From: Stylophora pistillata | Lineage: Eukaryota | Assembly: GCF_002571385.2 (NCBI RefSeq) | Contig: NW_019218439.1 | Location: forward strand, 1-62,131 | Reading direction: 5' to 3' | DNA: 62,131 bases | Part shown: piece by piece, positions 53,601 to 62,131 of the stretch | Position numbering within the stretch: position 1 is the stretch's first letter | Layout: each line of letters begins with the position of its first letter | Program-made: the position numbers and the translations under genes | The notes under the pieces: generated by a model | What the model was told of the DNA's origin: nothing | The model's input: only the letters and a program-made list of their open reading frames with translations | The model's database searches: none

Positions 53601-54175
53601 AACGCCTGATTGTAGTTGTTAAAGACCACGAGTCGTTGAGGCGGAATAAAGCCATCGTTTAAGGTCAAATCCGTTGTAACCCTCCATTATTTTCCGACCA
53701 GATCGGTCACAACAATGGGTTGGAGAGAAGTTATGGTTATTGCCTCCATGCATTTGCTTTTCACAGATTCCTCCAATCAAAGCAATCTTGGGTGGATTCT
53801 CTCGTGCGTCCACGGTGAATGAAGAGAGCGCGTTCACAAACCATGCTATGGATGAACAAAGTTGTTTTGGTAGCCATGTTGAGAAGTTTGGAAAATTGTT
53901 GGCCACACTATTGGGACACTGCCATGGCTCTAGTGAACAGTCCAAGGTAAACATCGATAAGTTAAATGAATTTAAGTTAAAAGTTACTGCCTCGATGGTA
54001 ACAAAGATACGCAATGACCGAGGAACATATGTTTTCTTTTTTTCTCCAAAAGCTACATGAAATTATGAACCTCTGTTTTGAAAAAACACCAGAGAAGAGG
54101 CCCACAGCACGTTGCCTCCGAGAACTCTTGGAAGAGGTGTGGTGCACCAAGGGATTCAGTGATTCATTTGTTTGA
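13916..54175 (+). CDS. Paralog 2: giant multidomain LGR-type GPCR-pseudokinase, ~70 exons, ~4,535 aa (manual model)
   Basis: Every exon identified has an AG acceptor and a GT (one GC) donor with compatible phases and no in-frame stop. Summed exon length is 13,608 nt, divisible by 3. Starts with a signal-peptide exon and ends FSDSFV-TGA at 54173-54175. Confidence 0.8.
14805..19515 (+). CDS. MAM domains 1-3 (exons 14805-14912, 15669-15925, 16424-16547; 16853-16966, 17197-17444, 17825-17939; 18226-18351, 18827-19086, 19425-19515)
   Basis: Three repeats of the three-exon MAM pattern: CxF...CxW; YI..S...ARLxSP..C..F.YHM.G; I.EG....IA(I/L)DD...C. Confidence 0.92.
14999..15038. repeat. (CA)n microsatellite
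   Basis: Perfect CA run. Confidence 0.98.
20137..20290 (-). mobile_element. Copy of the Penelope-type/hammerhead-like short repeat
   Basis: Highly similar to 6151-6290; flanked by TCTGTAATAA (20127-20136, 20291-20300). Confidence 0.7.
20346..20735 (+). CDS. Phase 1-1 exon encoding an unrecognised ~130-aa extracellular module
   Basis: ttaag acceptor, open frame DETTYYVSSYMGKDYK...CSFKVTEP, G/gtagga donor. No family recognised. Confidence 0.65.
21161..21592 (+). CDS. C-type lectin domain 1
   Basis: CQPGW...SCF...W....LC...FLGL....W.W.DG.......W...EPN....C.....WND..C....YICE. Confidence 0.95.
21912..22538 (+). CDS. LamG/concanavalin-A-like domain
   Basis: SMSVFAWV...WNFIGFTYEYYSGVATIWVN...VGAS....FRGQISCLQFYEQALS. 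Confidence 0.88.
22775..23080 (+). CDS. WSC-like domain 1
   Basis: YRSVGCFAD..RA...IEKCA..A...GF.MFAVQY.GQC......YG....C...GKGG.WANNVY. Confidence 0.88.
23095..24510 (-). mobile_element. 5'-truncated non-LTR retrotransposon (CR1/L2-group) with an uninterrupted reverse transcriptase domain, antisense in an intron
   Basis: ORF 24556-23210: RPISLT, QFAYR, DFSKAFD, GVPQGTVLGP, YADD, LLGV. Minus-strand AATAAA and a (TTA)n-type tail near 23095-23120. Confidence 0.93.
25019..25250. mobile_element. Palindromic copy of the Penelope-type/hammerhead-like repeat
   Basis: Inverted arms ttggatatatcaacaaagttgaaatggtaaattggcc / ggccaatttaccatttcaactttgctgatatatccaa; same family as 6151-6377. Confidence 0.72.
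25381..25668 (+). CDS. WSC-like domain 2
   Basis: YVDVGCYRD..RAI...IEKCA...GFRMFAVQYGGEC...YG...C...GKGGTWANRVY; clear internal duplicate of WSC 1. Confidence 0.88.
25907..26314 (+). CDS. C-type lectin domain 2
   Basis: CSPSFFPFHGGCF...NWEQALERCKSEGGTLAKI...YFIGM...WTWIDG...W..GYP...CAYL...C....PLCQ. Confidence 0.93.
27176..27754 (+). CDS. F-type lectin (FTP/fucolectin)-like domain (exons 27176-27285, 27463-27754)
   Basis: LAID...TCFRS..ESDPWWQVNL....V.SVVITN..DC...C...GNYVKI......LVLCQV.V. Confidence 0.85.
28234..29052 (+). CDS. PA14 domain (exons 28234-28430, 28607-28785, 28880-29052)
   Basis: GVLRETW...FDAP....DRYAQRLTAYLQVPQSGSYVFYASCDDSCELW...SQPIFLEK...YRLEV......GKDHLSVG...P......IP...LF. 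Confidence 0.88.
29203..30403 (+). CDS. Unassigned beta-rich module (exons 29203-29283, 29427-29602, 30331-30403)
   Basis: Phase-compatible exons: ...AIVGSKLHISGTHSFCCYGIHCPDCSLQL...PGNYTLKVSYSF...; possibly Ig-like. Confidence 0.55.
30904..31722 (+). CDS. MAM domain 4 (exons 30904-30996, 31200-31456, 31614-31722)
   Basis: CNFESGNCAGW; LKSP...CLRFKYLM; VIFEG...VAIDDISI....C. Confidence 0.9.
31870..32205. mobile_element. Probable MITE
   Basis: Imperfect inverted ends (ttagcaac...gaacggcaa / ttgccgttt...gtgctaa). Confidence 0.45.
32401..33277 (+). CDS. Two canonical LDLa repeats, one degenerate LDLa and a Cys linker (exons 32401-32622, 32842-32955, 33194-33277)
   Basis: C....FQCNNGECV.....CDGDFACKDESDEDNC; C....FACQDGKCI.....CDGNNDCSDGDDENNC; the third repeat lacks the acidic DxSDE. 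Confidence 0.92.
33799..36654 (+). CDS. MAM domains 5 and 6 (exons 33799-33936, 34572-34822, 35017-35116; 35555-35626, 36106-36368, 36558-36654)
   Basis: TPTENTGPSYDHT...YIYIEAS...CIQFWYHMYG...DIALDD; the second copy is divergent (CDF...CDW, CLHFWY). Confidence 0.9.
34895..35005. repeat. Degenerate (ATC/ATT)n trinucleotide repeat in an intron
   Basis: tcattatcattatc...catcatcatcattattatt; it generates spurious poly-H/I/M ORFs. Confidence 0.85.
37078..43635 (+). CDS. Five tandem F5/8 type C (discoidin) domains (exon pairs 37078-37415/37844-37985, 39098-39426/39790-39931, 40129-40466/40582-40735, 41118-41467/42300-42438, 42796-43124/43497-43635)
   Basis: LGM..G.I....I.ASS...GRL....W.....WLQVDL......V..VATQGR....WVT.Y.L.Y / F.GN.D....V...L.P.I.A..IRF.P..W...I.MRVELYGC. 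Confidence 0.95.
38020..38705 (-). mobile_element. Disrupted 3' fragment of a CR1/L2-group LINE in an intron
   Basis: ...FYNSLVLPIFDYADLVWGD...LQILQN / ILDR....S.TDAL..LRWLNL..RR.FHR...HSYNTR...; frameshift/stop near 38540; (TTA)n tail. Confidence 0.85.
41651..42051 (+). mobile_element. tRNA-derived SINE (MIR/CORE-like organisation)
   Basis: A box (tagtccagtgg), B box (gggttcaagtcc), core-like ttgtgtccttaagcaagacgctt, L2-like 3' end tgtaaagcgtattagaaca...attattatt. Confidence 0.75.
43978..46287 (+). CDS. MAM domain 7 interrupted by a pentraxin/LamG domain (MAM-N 43978-44073; pentraxin 44247-44484, 44871-45022, 45367-45594; MAM remainder 45743-46005, 46179-46287)
   Basis: PCD..DWCGW....W; FTICFWLK...WHHVCVSWDG......FKDG...IG.......GRLSGFNIW....EI.....C....GN..DW; AVLVSP...CLRFRYM..G...W......W.YGQV / ILIKG.....IAV..I......C. 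Confidence 0.85.
44628..44661. repeat. (TC)n microsatellite
   Basis: Perfect TC run. Confidence 0.98.
46710..47054 (+). CDS. CUB domain
   Basis: CNEDLTNPSGYIFSP.Y......CTWYI......IRLEF.DF.L.....C....LQIFDG......IGRFCG...P....SSSN.L.I........F...Y. Confidence 0.93.
47213..50000 (+). CDS. Linker, LRRNT and eight LRR exons (47213-47251, 47639-47756, 47887-47958, 48262-48333, 48469-48540, 48711-48782, 48883-48954, 49167-49238, 49430-49501, 49926-50000)
   Basis: CPSSCRC cap; seven 72-bp and one 75-bp phase-2 exons, each LxLxxNxLxxL....F..L..L..L, the classic LGR exon structure. Confidence 0.93.
50123..51168 (+). CDS. Paralog 2 hinge + 7TM exon
   Basis: KLDHFILCCYAKKSIGGVDCESPVNEFSSCDDLM; TMDRF; DFCCWMP; NSSLNPILY; donor G/gtgggt. 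Confidence 0.95.
51590..54175 (+). CDS. Paralog 2 cytoplasmic pseudokinase exons (51590-51780, 52274-52445, 52701-52761, 52875-53067, 53767-53946, 54053-54175)
   Basis: IVLLKYFGKGMKEEWTREVAIVQ..QSNVLQY; LICYDF...TLEDFI; VLHNNITTRNILI; KAILGGFS; HVEKFGKLL; EIMNLCFEKTPEKRPTA...DSFV*. Confidence 0.82.
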
Positions 54176-54330
54176 TCAAACATATGGACAAAAACAATTC
54201 ATAACTTTATAATACATATATTGGTTGAGCTTTTGAAAAACCCATAAGTTTGTCCATCTCTGATAGCAGTAGGGTATAGGCCATAAGCAAAAGAAATGTT
54301 TAGTTTACCAATAACGGTACAGCACACTAC

Positions 54331-54336
54331 AATAAA
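54331..54336 (+). terminator. Candidate polyadenylation signal of paralog 2
   Basis: AATAAA about 155 nt after the stop, followed by a GT-rich tract (ctgtgttgt). Confidence 0.4.
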
Positions 54337-56093
54337 GTGCAATAGTGATTCTGTGTTGTAAATAGTTTGAGATTATGTGCAGTGTTTTGGTACGAAATGT
54401 ATATTCAGTTAGGAAAATAGAGAGTCTGGAAAATGCTCATTTTCTGAAGAGCCCTACAGTAATCTGAGCTCATTGTGTTGCTCCGTACGTAGTGTTACTT
54501 TTTATCCTTCATGTTGAATCAGATTAGTAAACTTTTAAACCTAAACAAACGGTAATGGACACTGTACTCGTAATTTCCCTTAAAAATATTTACACCTCAG
54601 ATCGTCTACGTATGCTTAGGGCTCCCTATAGAATATTCTTTGACTCTTATACAAAGGTACAAGATCCTCAATTTCCAAGGTCTAAATTTCAGCTCTCGTA
54701 ATGCCCTAATAGTCACAAAACTAATAAAACACTCAGTGAAAACCCTGAATACTCTTTATGTACGCAATCATTATTTATAGTTTGTTCACTTGCCAAGGAC
54801 AAAGGAAAGCATTATTCGCTGTTGCTCGCCATTATGCCCTTGTCCTGCTCTTTTGAAGTCGATTTGTAGTCCGATTCAAAAGTGATTTCCCTTTCCCAAG
54901 CGAGTAAAACCCAACTCATTCACTACACATTTAGTGGTTTAACTGAAGTTTCCGAACTGAATGGTCAAAGAACTAAACTGGAACACAAAATCTAACAGTT
55001 ATCGGGAAGAAGGTCAACTTGTTTCGGAAGGGCGTAATCAATCGTATGCAATGCTGGGCTGTTGTTGATTGGGATTATGCTAATTTTACTACGCGGGAGG
55101 GGGTCTGGTACGAATCGCTTGCTTGTGCTAATCGAGCGATCAGTTGCGATGTTTAATTAGAGAGGTTCAAAAACCAAATTTAGACGGTAACTTGAATTGG
55201 TCAAACCACGGCAACTGGACTTAACTGTGAAATTTCTTTTTTTTTTAATCTTATGAACAAAAGGTGATTCTTTTTAGGAGACACTTAATTTTTATTCAGC
55301 TGACCATTATGTCTATAGTCTAGTAGTCTAGCACCACTGACTCTGATCTGAAGGATGTGCCTTTAATTCTATCTTAGCAGTCCAACAAAAGACGTTGGAG
55401 TGTAAAACTGTTTTTCTGGTTTAACTGACTCCAAACTCCATGGCCAAGTTTATTTCGCACTATTCAAATTAATACAGTACAAGAGGACTTATTGAACTAG
55501 GTGAACTTGGAGAAGATAATGAGAAGTAGATATCGTGCATGTTTGTATATTTGTGCACAGTGATCAAAGCAGCCGTAGCTTTCGTTAACTGACAGTACAT
55601 TAGGCAACATTAACAACTAATGAGTCCAATCGAACATATCGTAGAAAGAAATAAAGATGAAAACTTAGGATAAAACTTGCTGTGCTAGGATAAAGCTAAG
55701 ACAAATAAATATAAACGGGTAATGATAAAAAGCTAGCGCAGATTTCCCTCCAGTTGTATACTGTTGTCTTTAACTTGCATTTATTGTTATAAAGGTGCTT
55801 TATATCACTATGACAACATTTTTTTTCAATTACAACTCGTGGTTTTAATAATGTGTGCTTTTATTAGTTTCCTGCGCTGACAAAAGCTTGTTTACAAATA
55901 AGGATTTAAGAACATTGTTTTTCGGTTGACTGTTTAATTGGAGTTTCCTGGAAAAAAATTTCAACTCGTATGGCAACAAGTATTTTTTCAGAGTTTCAAG
56001 CCGAAATCAGTTTCTTTACTTGAAAAAAAAAAAAAAAAAAATTCAGTCTCGAGGTAGGAGCAATATTAAATTCTATGGTGTCTGTGGCGTTAA

Positions 56094-57906
56094 GGAGGCT
56101 GGATATAGCTTTCGCTTTTCTGATGCAAGAAATTTCAACTAAAATTACGAAGCTTAGCTTTAACGAATCGCGATCACATTTTCCCCTGAAATAAAGATAT
56201 TATTGAAGAATCAGTTTGTTTTGAATTGTTGTGAAAAATTCTTTGCCATCGCAACGTTGCTGGCTTGCAAACGTTGCAACGTTGCTGGGTCCAAAATTGG
56301 ACTTGACTTGAATTTTCTTTAAAACTGGACGGTGAATTTATTTTAGATTCTGCATGCGTCTATTGACTTTCTTGGTCTACTTAACTGTTAAGTTTAAAAA
56401 AATTCTGTCAGAAAGTTTAAGGAAAAGAGGCCTTTTTTAGAATTCATCGTTAACTTTTTTTCCCTCTGACGGAATTTTTTCGAATTTTTGTAAAACACGC
56501 ACAGAGCCGTTCAAAGTTAACATGTAAAAAATAAAAAAAATTCACCGAGCGGAAACGGAAATACGTAAGTCTATAGTTTCAAATTTCCGAAAATTTCGAC
56601 TGGACAAGATGGGTAATTGCGCATGCGCAACATTTGTATCACGCCACGACATTTGCCACGGCGCCACGAGGGTTTGGACGTCTTGTTCGCCGAACGTCCT
56701 TCGTGCTCTTCTAAAGAGCTTTATTTTGCTAAGAGAGGTTTACCTTCTGGATGGATTGCGACCGGAAATGGCTGCTGTTCTATTTGCCTTCAAAGTGCTG
56801 GATTATTTTGTGCAGTGTCGGGATGTTTTGTTCCTCTTGGAGCTGATCGATGAGATGTGGTCGGCGATTTGCTAAAAATGGAGACCAGTGCTTCCTTCCC
56901 ACCGTTGTTGTAAAGATCTTTTGAGTCATCGTGATACAGACCGCGTTTTGCAATTTTCTGAATGATGTTTTCTTTGACGAGGAGTCCGTTATCGCCATGT
57001 GAATAGAGCTTGTCTTTGAAAGTTTGCATGCGTTCGTGGCGTCCGTCAAGAAATCCCATGTCTTCGAAAGCGAAGGAGGGGGATTTCACATTGCTGTTGT
57101 TTACAATGTCAGCGCTTGTTAGCTGCTACGGGGATTGAAAGAGGACACAGTGGAGGGCACGTACATCTTCCAAAGCATCGTGTGCGTTGAAATCTTCATA
57201 AAAAACAGCTTAATACACAGAAGGGAGATTGTTTTTTTTATATGGTTTTCCGTCAGGATTGAGAAGAGTGTTACCACCTTTGGCGAGTGTTTTGATGAGT
57301 TTATGGCTAGAAAAACACTTTCTTCGACCGATAATGTTTCTTTACTTTGAATTTCCAGCACATCGTAGGAGTGTCGAACACAGAAGAATTATGGCCGATG
57401 AAAACGGTGTGACAATGCGTACTGCTACAAAGGAAAGTGGTAAATGATTGAAGACATTCGCTCAGGAGTGTACTGGAACATTCTCTTTGAGCAAAGTTCT
57501 CTCACCATCCACAGCTTTGACAGTGACTTGTTTACACGAGAAGCGTAGCTGCTGATATTGCAGATAGGTAGCACATATTTAGTGTTCCGGAAACCAGCCA
57601 CGATACGGGAAAATAGCTCCGAAGATCGTGATCGTGTTTGCGGCCGGATTCACGCGTATTTTGGTCACTTGAGAGTGTTGTAGCTTTCCGTTTTTGAAAC
57701 ACACTACTAATAAAGTTAGAGGAAACTGTGCAGCCTACCTAGAGGTGTAAAACATAGTCTACTAGGCAGATGAAAAAATGATTCTGGTCTAAGCGCGGTG
57801 GCCATGTTTGTTTGTTTGTGTTTTTTTTTTTTTTTTTCAACTTTTAAAAGTCACCGGTAAATTAGAACCTAGTCTGCGCGCGCCAAAGAAACTATATCCA
57901 GCCTCC
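56094..57906 (-). mobile_element. Non-autonomous TTAA-specific DNA transposon (Kolobok-like) carrying a decayed DEDDh exonuclease
   Basis: TTAA-GGAGGCTGGATATAG ... CTATATCCAGCCTCC-TTAA (15-bp perfect TIR, TTAA TSD, purine termini). Minus-strand fragments FIGHNSSVFDTP (~57365-57402) and DFNAHDALEDVRAL (~57153-57195). Confidence 0.8.
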
Positions 57907-58178
57907 TTAAATTATTTTCCTTATGACCATATCAGAATGTGCGGAAAGATCTTAGCTCAAGAACTGTTAAAAATCATTTTCTTAAAGGAGTGGGTTTCTA
58001 GCTAGCGTCACAAGTGATCGCAGTTATCCTACCAACGGAATCGATCGGAATGTCATCACTTTTGGACAACCATATGAAGAGGCTATGACCTGCGAGTCGT
58101 TGTGGTTATAGTTTTTATTCTTCTTTACTTGAGCCTAAGAAAATAAAGCTAGCTGATAAAATCCCTCTAAAATTAAAT

Positions 58179-58273
58179 TAGCCTGTGTACAATCGCCCCA
58201 TCCCCTCCAAAACATCGGGAAGGGGGCCCCTTCCAGAATTTTTTGAGGGGATGGGGCGGCTGTACACAGGCTA
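58179..58273. mobile_element. Short palindromic MITE
   Basis: tagcctgtgtaca.tcgccccatcccctc ... gaggggatggggcggctgtacacaggcta. Confidence 0.7.
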
Positions 58274-58668
58274 AAATTGAATCAGACATTTCACCAAAAT
58301 TTAATCTGAAGTTGCGTGATACCCGTAGCTCTTCAGGGATCTTCAAATTCCTGTTTCAAAAAGTTAGAAATAATCGTTAAAGTCGTATAATTTTTATCTC
58401 GATAGATAGAGTTTGGAAGGCAGGCCTTAATTTCTTTCGCCTTTGACTCAATTTGGCTAATGACAAATGTTTGTGTCGAGACTTTAAGCCTATGACATAA
58501 CGCGATATTTCTGCCAATCAAATAGTTCGATCTATCTCGCTCCACGCAAGCTAAGCTAACTCAACGAACCTTGTCAAAGCGCATAACATGCTTTGTTAAC
58601 TTCGCTGATTTCATTCACCGGTTTTCAAACTTTCATCAACTGATTGACACGGGCTGGATGTATTCAAA

Positions 58669-58931
58669 ATGGCCGGCATTTCTGCAGACGTTCTCGGACA
58701 GATAATTTTGTCGTGTTACCTGTCTTTTCCACAAATGTTCTCCGGAAACTACACGCTAGCAGAGGTTCTTTACGTACTTCGCCATAATTCGACCACGTTG
58801 TGGTACATCGCCAATGCGACTGGCTTTAATAAAGATGTGGTAAAGCAGACTGTTGACCTGTATTTGTGGGTAGATGAGCATATACTTCAAGCCACTGAAG
58901 CCCCATCCACGAGTGACACGACCTCAAACGG
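58669..58931 (+). CDS. Probable first coding exon of a downstream gene of unknown function
   Basis: aaaATGG start, 87 open codons with coding-like composition, strong donor GG/gtaagt. No further exon was confidently identified in the window. Confidence 0.5.
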
Positions 58932-60939
58932 GTAAGTGTCACGCCGGGTTGTTAGACGATACTTGCTCGATTAGCTTTAAGTACGAATATTTATGTTTCT
59001 TTCTGGGGAGCCACTCGGTCAGATTTTTTACGAATAATTGCTTTCCTTAACTGTGCATTGAAATTTTCGATGATCCAAACTAAGTCACAGTGAATTAGTA
59101 GCGTAATATGTCCCTGACCCGCCAAAGATTCACGCGAGCCTTGAGAATCGTGACTAAAACTTTCCTCGATAACATCTCGTCTATGGTGAATTTTAAACAA
59201 GTCAATTATGCTGCTAGATCTCGCCAAGTTATTATCTTCTTGAAATGACATTTCCTTTAGTGTCATTGGTATTGCTCAACAGGAAAATTAGTTGTCAAAC
59301 TTAAAGCGTAGCGGCTTATTTTGACGATCGAAGTAATATTTTCGAGTGGTTGTAAACACATTAGCGTGCGCTAATATTCTATGTTCTGTGAAGCGTGACT
59401 GAGTGGCAACGCGAGCGTTCTCTTCCTTTCACGAGTATTCATCCTCTTGTAGCGACGAAAATCGATTTGTTGGCGTTATTTTGTGTCAAAACTGTTTTAA
59501 TTTAAACTGTCGCTTTTAAGCCTCCATGTTCAGTTTACATTTTGACATTGTAAAGATATGCAATCTGTAGATGCATCTAGCTTAAGTTAGAATATTTTCT
59601 CTGCCAGACATGAACTGAAATAATTACATGCAGCGTCGTCAAACCAAACGAAGTCGATCGATGACGAGAATATACTTCCTTTCCTCGACGTGTATTTCGA
59701 AACTGAACATTCAGTTAAAAATACACAGGGGTCGACAACATATTTATTTCCTTGATCGATTGAAAATGCTCGGTAGCTGTTTGCTACAACACATGTACAT
59801 GTGTACATTCTTTAAACAGAAACACAAGCTCATTGAATGTTATCCTTCAAAATGCATAATCAAATGGTAGAAACCTTTTCAGCTTTCTGACAGCTGTTAC
59901 GTTGAATGACCTTATCCTCAAAAATGTCTGAAAATACGGTTATGATATAAAAATGACCTGGTTGAATCACAGCTGATTCTCCTGGAGGGGCGATTCTTGC
60001 AACTCAAAATTAAACGCTATTCCATAGTACAGCAGTGGCCTGCCCCTGCAAAATTAAGATAAAGATCTTTACCTTACATGCAATGCCACCCTCGTCTTCA
60101 ACACCGTACTACTGAAATTTTCCATGGTCACGACTCGAGCTCCATGCATTTAATTATGAAAACTAACTCAATCAGTTGTGCGTCTGACACGAGCAAGCGG
60201 TAAATGATTTATATCAACGGTTCTGTTCAATTTATTTGCAAAGACTTGAATAGATATCAATCCATCTCTCGTCGGGGTCAGTTGTTATAAAATGCAAATA
60301 GTTAGACATGGTTCAAATGGGAGGGAGACATTTCACCATAATGATGCCAACAATATCGGAATGCGCCATTAACTAGGACTTCAATGGCTTTTTCGGTTTA
60401 TTCGACGTGTATCATCTGTTATCGGAAGAATGAAACGCAAAACCAAATCAAATTCATACAATATTGTGGCAGATAACTGAGAGAAATAAAAAATGATCAA
60501 TTTGTTTGTTTTAGCTTCCATTTGGTTTCCATGTTGATGTATGACGTTGTATCCCAGTCATGCACATTTTGGCTAACCCTGAGGGTCTCTCTATTGTGGG
60601 CGGAAATCGATTCAGAAAAAGCGATACTACATTAAAAAAAAAATTAAATCAATAAAAACAATTTGAATGAAACCCTTATTTGTTTTCGTTTTATCACTTA
60701 AGGGCTTTCTCACCCAAGTTTATTGAATGTGTATAGTTTTGCAGTCATAATTAGATTTACAAGGAGTCTGATAAACTTAGTAGCCACACATGTTCAACGA
60801 AAGTTTTCAGATTAAGCAAGAAAAAAAGAAAAACCGACAACAGACACCCATTGCTTGCGAAGTGGATCGTTTCGCGTGGCTCTGCCGCTTTTTAATCATC
60901 GAACGCCCGATGAGCACCTACGAGAGAGGCTAGCACTCC

Positions 60940-61269
60940 CGGACTATTGCAAATTTATTTCGTACCAAATTGACATATATAGTGTATTAGAAGAGGTTGA
61001 TCGCTCACTATTTAAGAAGATCTCCAGTATGCCTGGTCACCCTCTGTACCCTTCTCTCCTTAAAACGAAAGAAAGCTCAGCGCGCCTCCGAGTTCCTAGT
61101 GGTCAACTCCTCAGGGTTAATACCCAGCGTTTTAAAAATAGTTTTTTTAAATAGGCTCTTTTTCAAATATAGAGTAGCTATCTAATGTAATGTCTTATAT
61201 TATGTAATGTTGGTAGCCTTGTAATTATTTTTATGTAAATTTTCTTGTTTTAGCATGTATTTTTGCTTA
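60940..61269 (+). mobile_element. 3' fragment of a LINE (CR1-group)
   Basis: IYSVLEEVDRSLFKKISSMPGHPLYPSL...L.RVNTQRFKNSF / NRL resembles the C-terminus of the 23210-24556 RT ORF; runs into the N gap. Confidence 0.7.
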
Positions 61270-61399
61270 NNNNNNNNNNNNNNNNNNNNNNNNNNNNNNN
61301 NNNNNNNNNNNNNNNNNNNNNNNNNNNNNNNNNNNNNNNNNNNNNNNNNNNNNNNNNNNNNNNNNNNNNNNNNNNNNNNNNNNNNNNNNNNNNNNNNNN
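61270..61399. other. Assembly gap (N run)
   Basis: Run of N. Confidence 0.99.
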
Positions 61400-62131
61400 A
61401 TATGATTATTTGTTACCATTGGTTTTTAAGTGTCAATTAGTCACTACATTCTTGAATCATCTTTCCTTTGTGGAACAATCCTGACTCATAAAGATGTGGG
61501 ATGCGGCAGCAGTAGCCATATGCAGCCTTAACTGCCTATTTTTTTCTCATGCGCGACGGGCTTTGGCGAAAAGAAGGAACTACTCTCATAGTTCACCTCT
61601 GATTGGCCGTTTTGTTTACTTTGGTTTTGGTATTTCGTCATTGATTCGAAAAACGCTCTAGGAAACGAAGTCGCGACAAGGCTGTGGTCTAGCAGCGCCC
61701 GGTGGCCCCTGGCGTTTTACTTTTCCTCTTGGGCGACTCATGAATTTTACTTTTTTTCACACAAAGCATATGCCGGGCACCCTGGATTTCACAGTTTCAG
61801 AGCATTGGGCTCCATTCAATTTTCCTTCGGGCACAGCCTTGCGCAATGACATAAAATCCTCCTTGTTTTCTTTATTCTAAAGAAAGTCTGTCTCGCGCTG
61901 TTGCAAGCTAAAATTTCAATTTTGCTCCACTTAATAGACTCATAGGGATCTAGTACTTCCTCCAACGACCATGAAAACAGAACGATGCGCTCACCTTATT
62001 GTTATTGCCATGGTGAACTGTTTGAATGAAGTGTGGATCGCTGATCCAGCACGTCTGGTAGAACTATATCTGGCACAATATCTGCCACTTGTCAGAGACT
62101 GGTAAGATAGTTCATGTATTGCAGTTGTATT

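Noticed and set aside
53491-53746. 25-bp direct repeat GGAGAGAAGTTATGGTTATTGCCTC (53491-53515, 53722-53746)
   Set aside because: Intronic, with no element features between the copies; probably a small local duplication or repair scar.

Overview
AT-rich animal genomic DNA with spliceosomal introns. The repeat families and domain repertoire suggest a cnidarian, probably a stony coral (inference). The window is dominated by two tandem, same-strand paralogous genes for leucine-rich-repeat rhodopsin-class GPCRs (LGR, GRL101/type-C-like hinge). In both, the cytoplasmic tail continues in frame through six small exons into a degenerate protein-kinase (pseudokinase) domain and ends in a class I PDZ-binding-type motif (DTYL*, DSFV*). 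Paralog 1 is present only as its 3' end (30-5055). Paralog 2 can be spliced by hand from 13916 to 54175 as about 70 phase-compatible exons (13,608 nt, about 4,535 aa). Its architecture is: signal peptide - 3xMAM - unknown module - C-type lectin - LamG-like - 2xWSC - C-type lectin - F-type lectin - PA14 - unknown beta-module - MAM - 3xLDLa - 2xMAM - 5xF5/8(discoidin) - MAM split by a pentraxin domain - CUB - LRRNT + 8 LRR - 7TM - pseudokinase. The remainder includes a solo LTR, LINE remnants, a tRNA-derived SINE, hammerhead-like palindromic repeats and MITEs. It also includes a TSD-flanked tandem array of tRNA-like 247-bp units nested in a Crypton-like remnant, a TTAA-flanked Kolobok-like element carrying a decayed DEDDh exonuclease, a probably misplaced contig with paralogous LRR exons, and the putative first exon of a downstream gene. 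The gene models are manual and have no transcript support.
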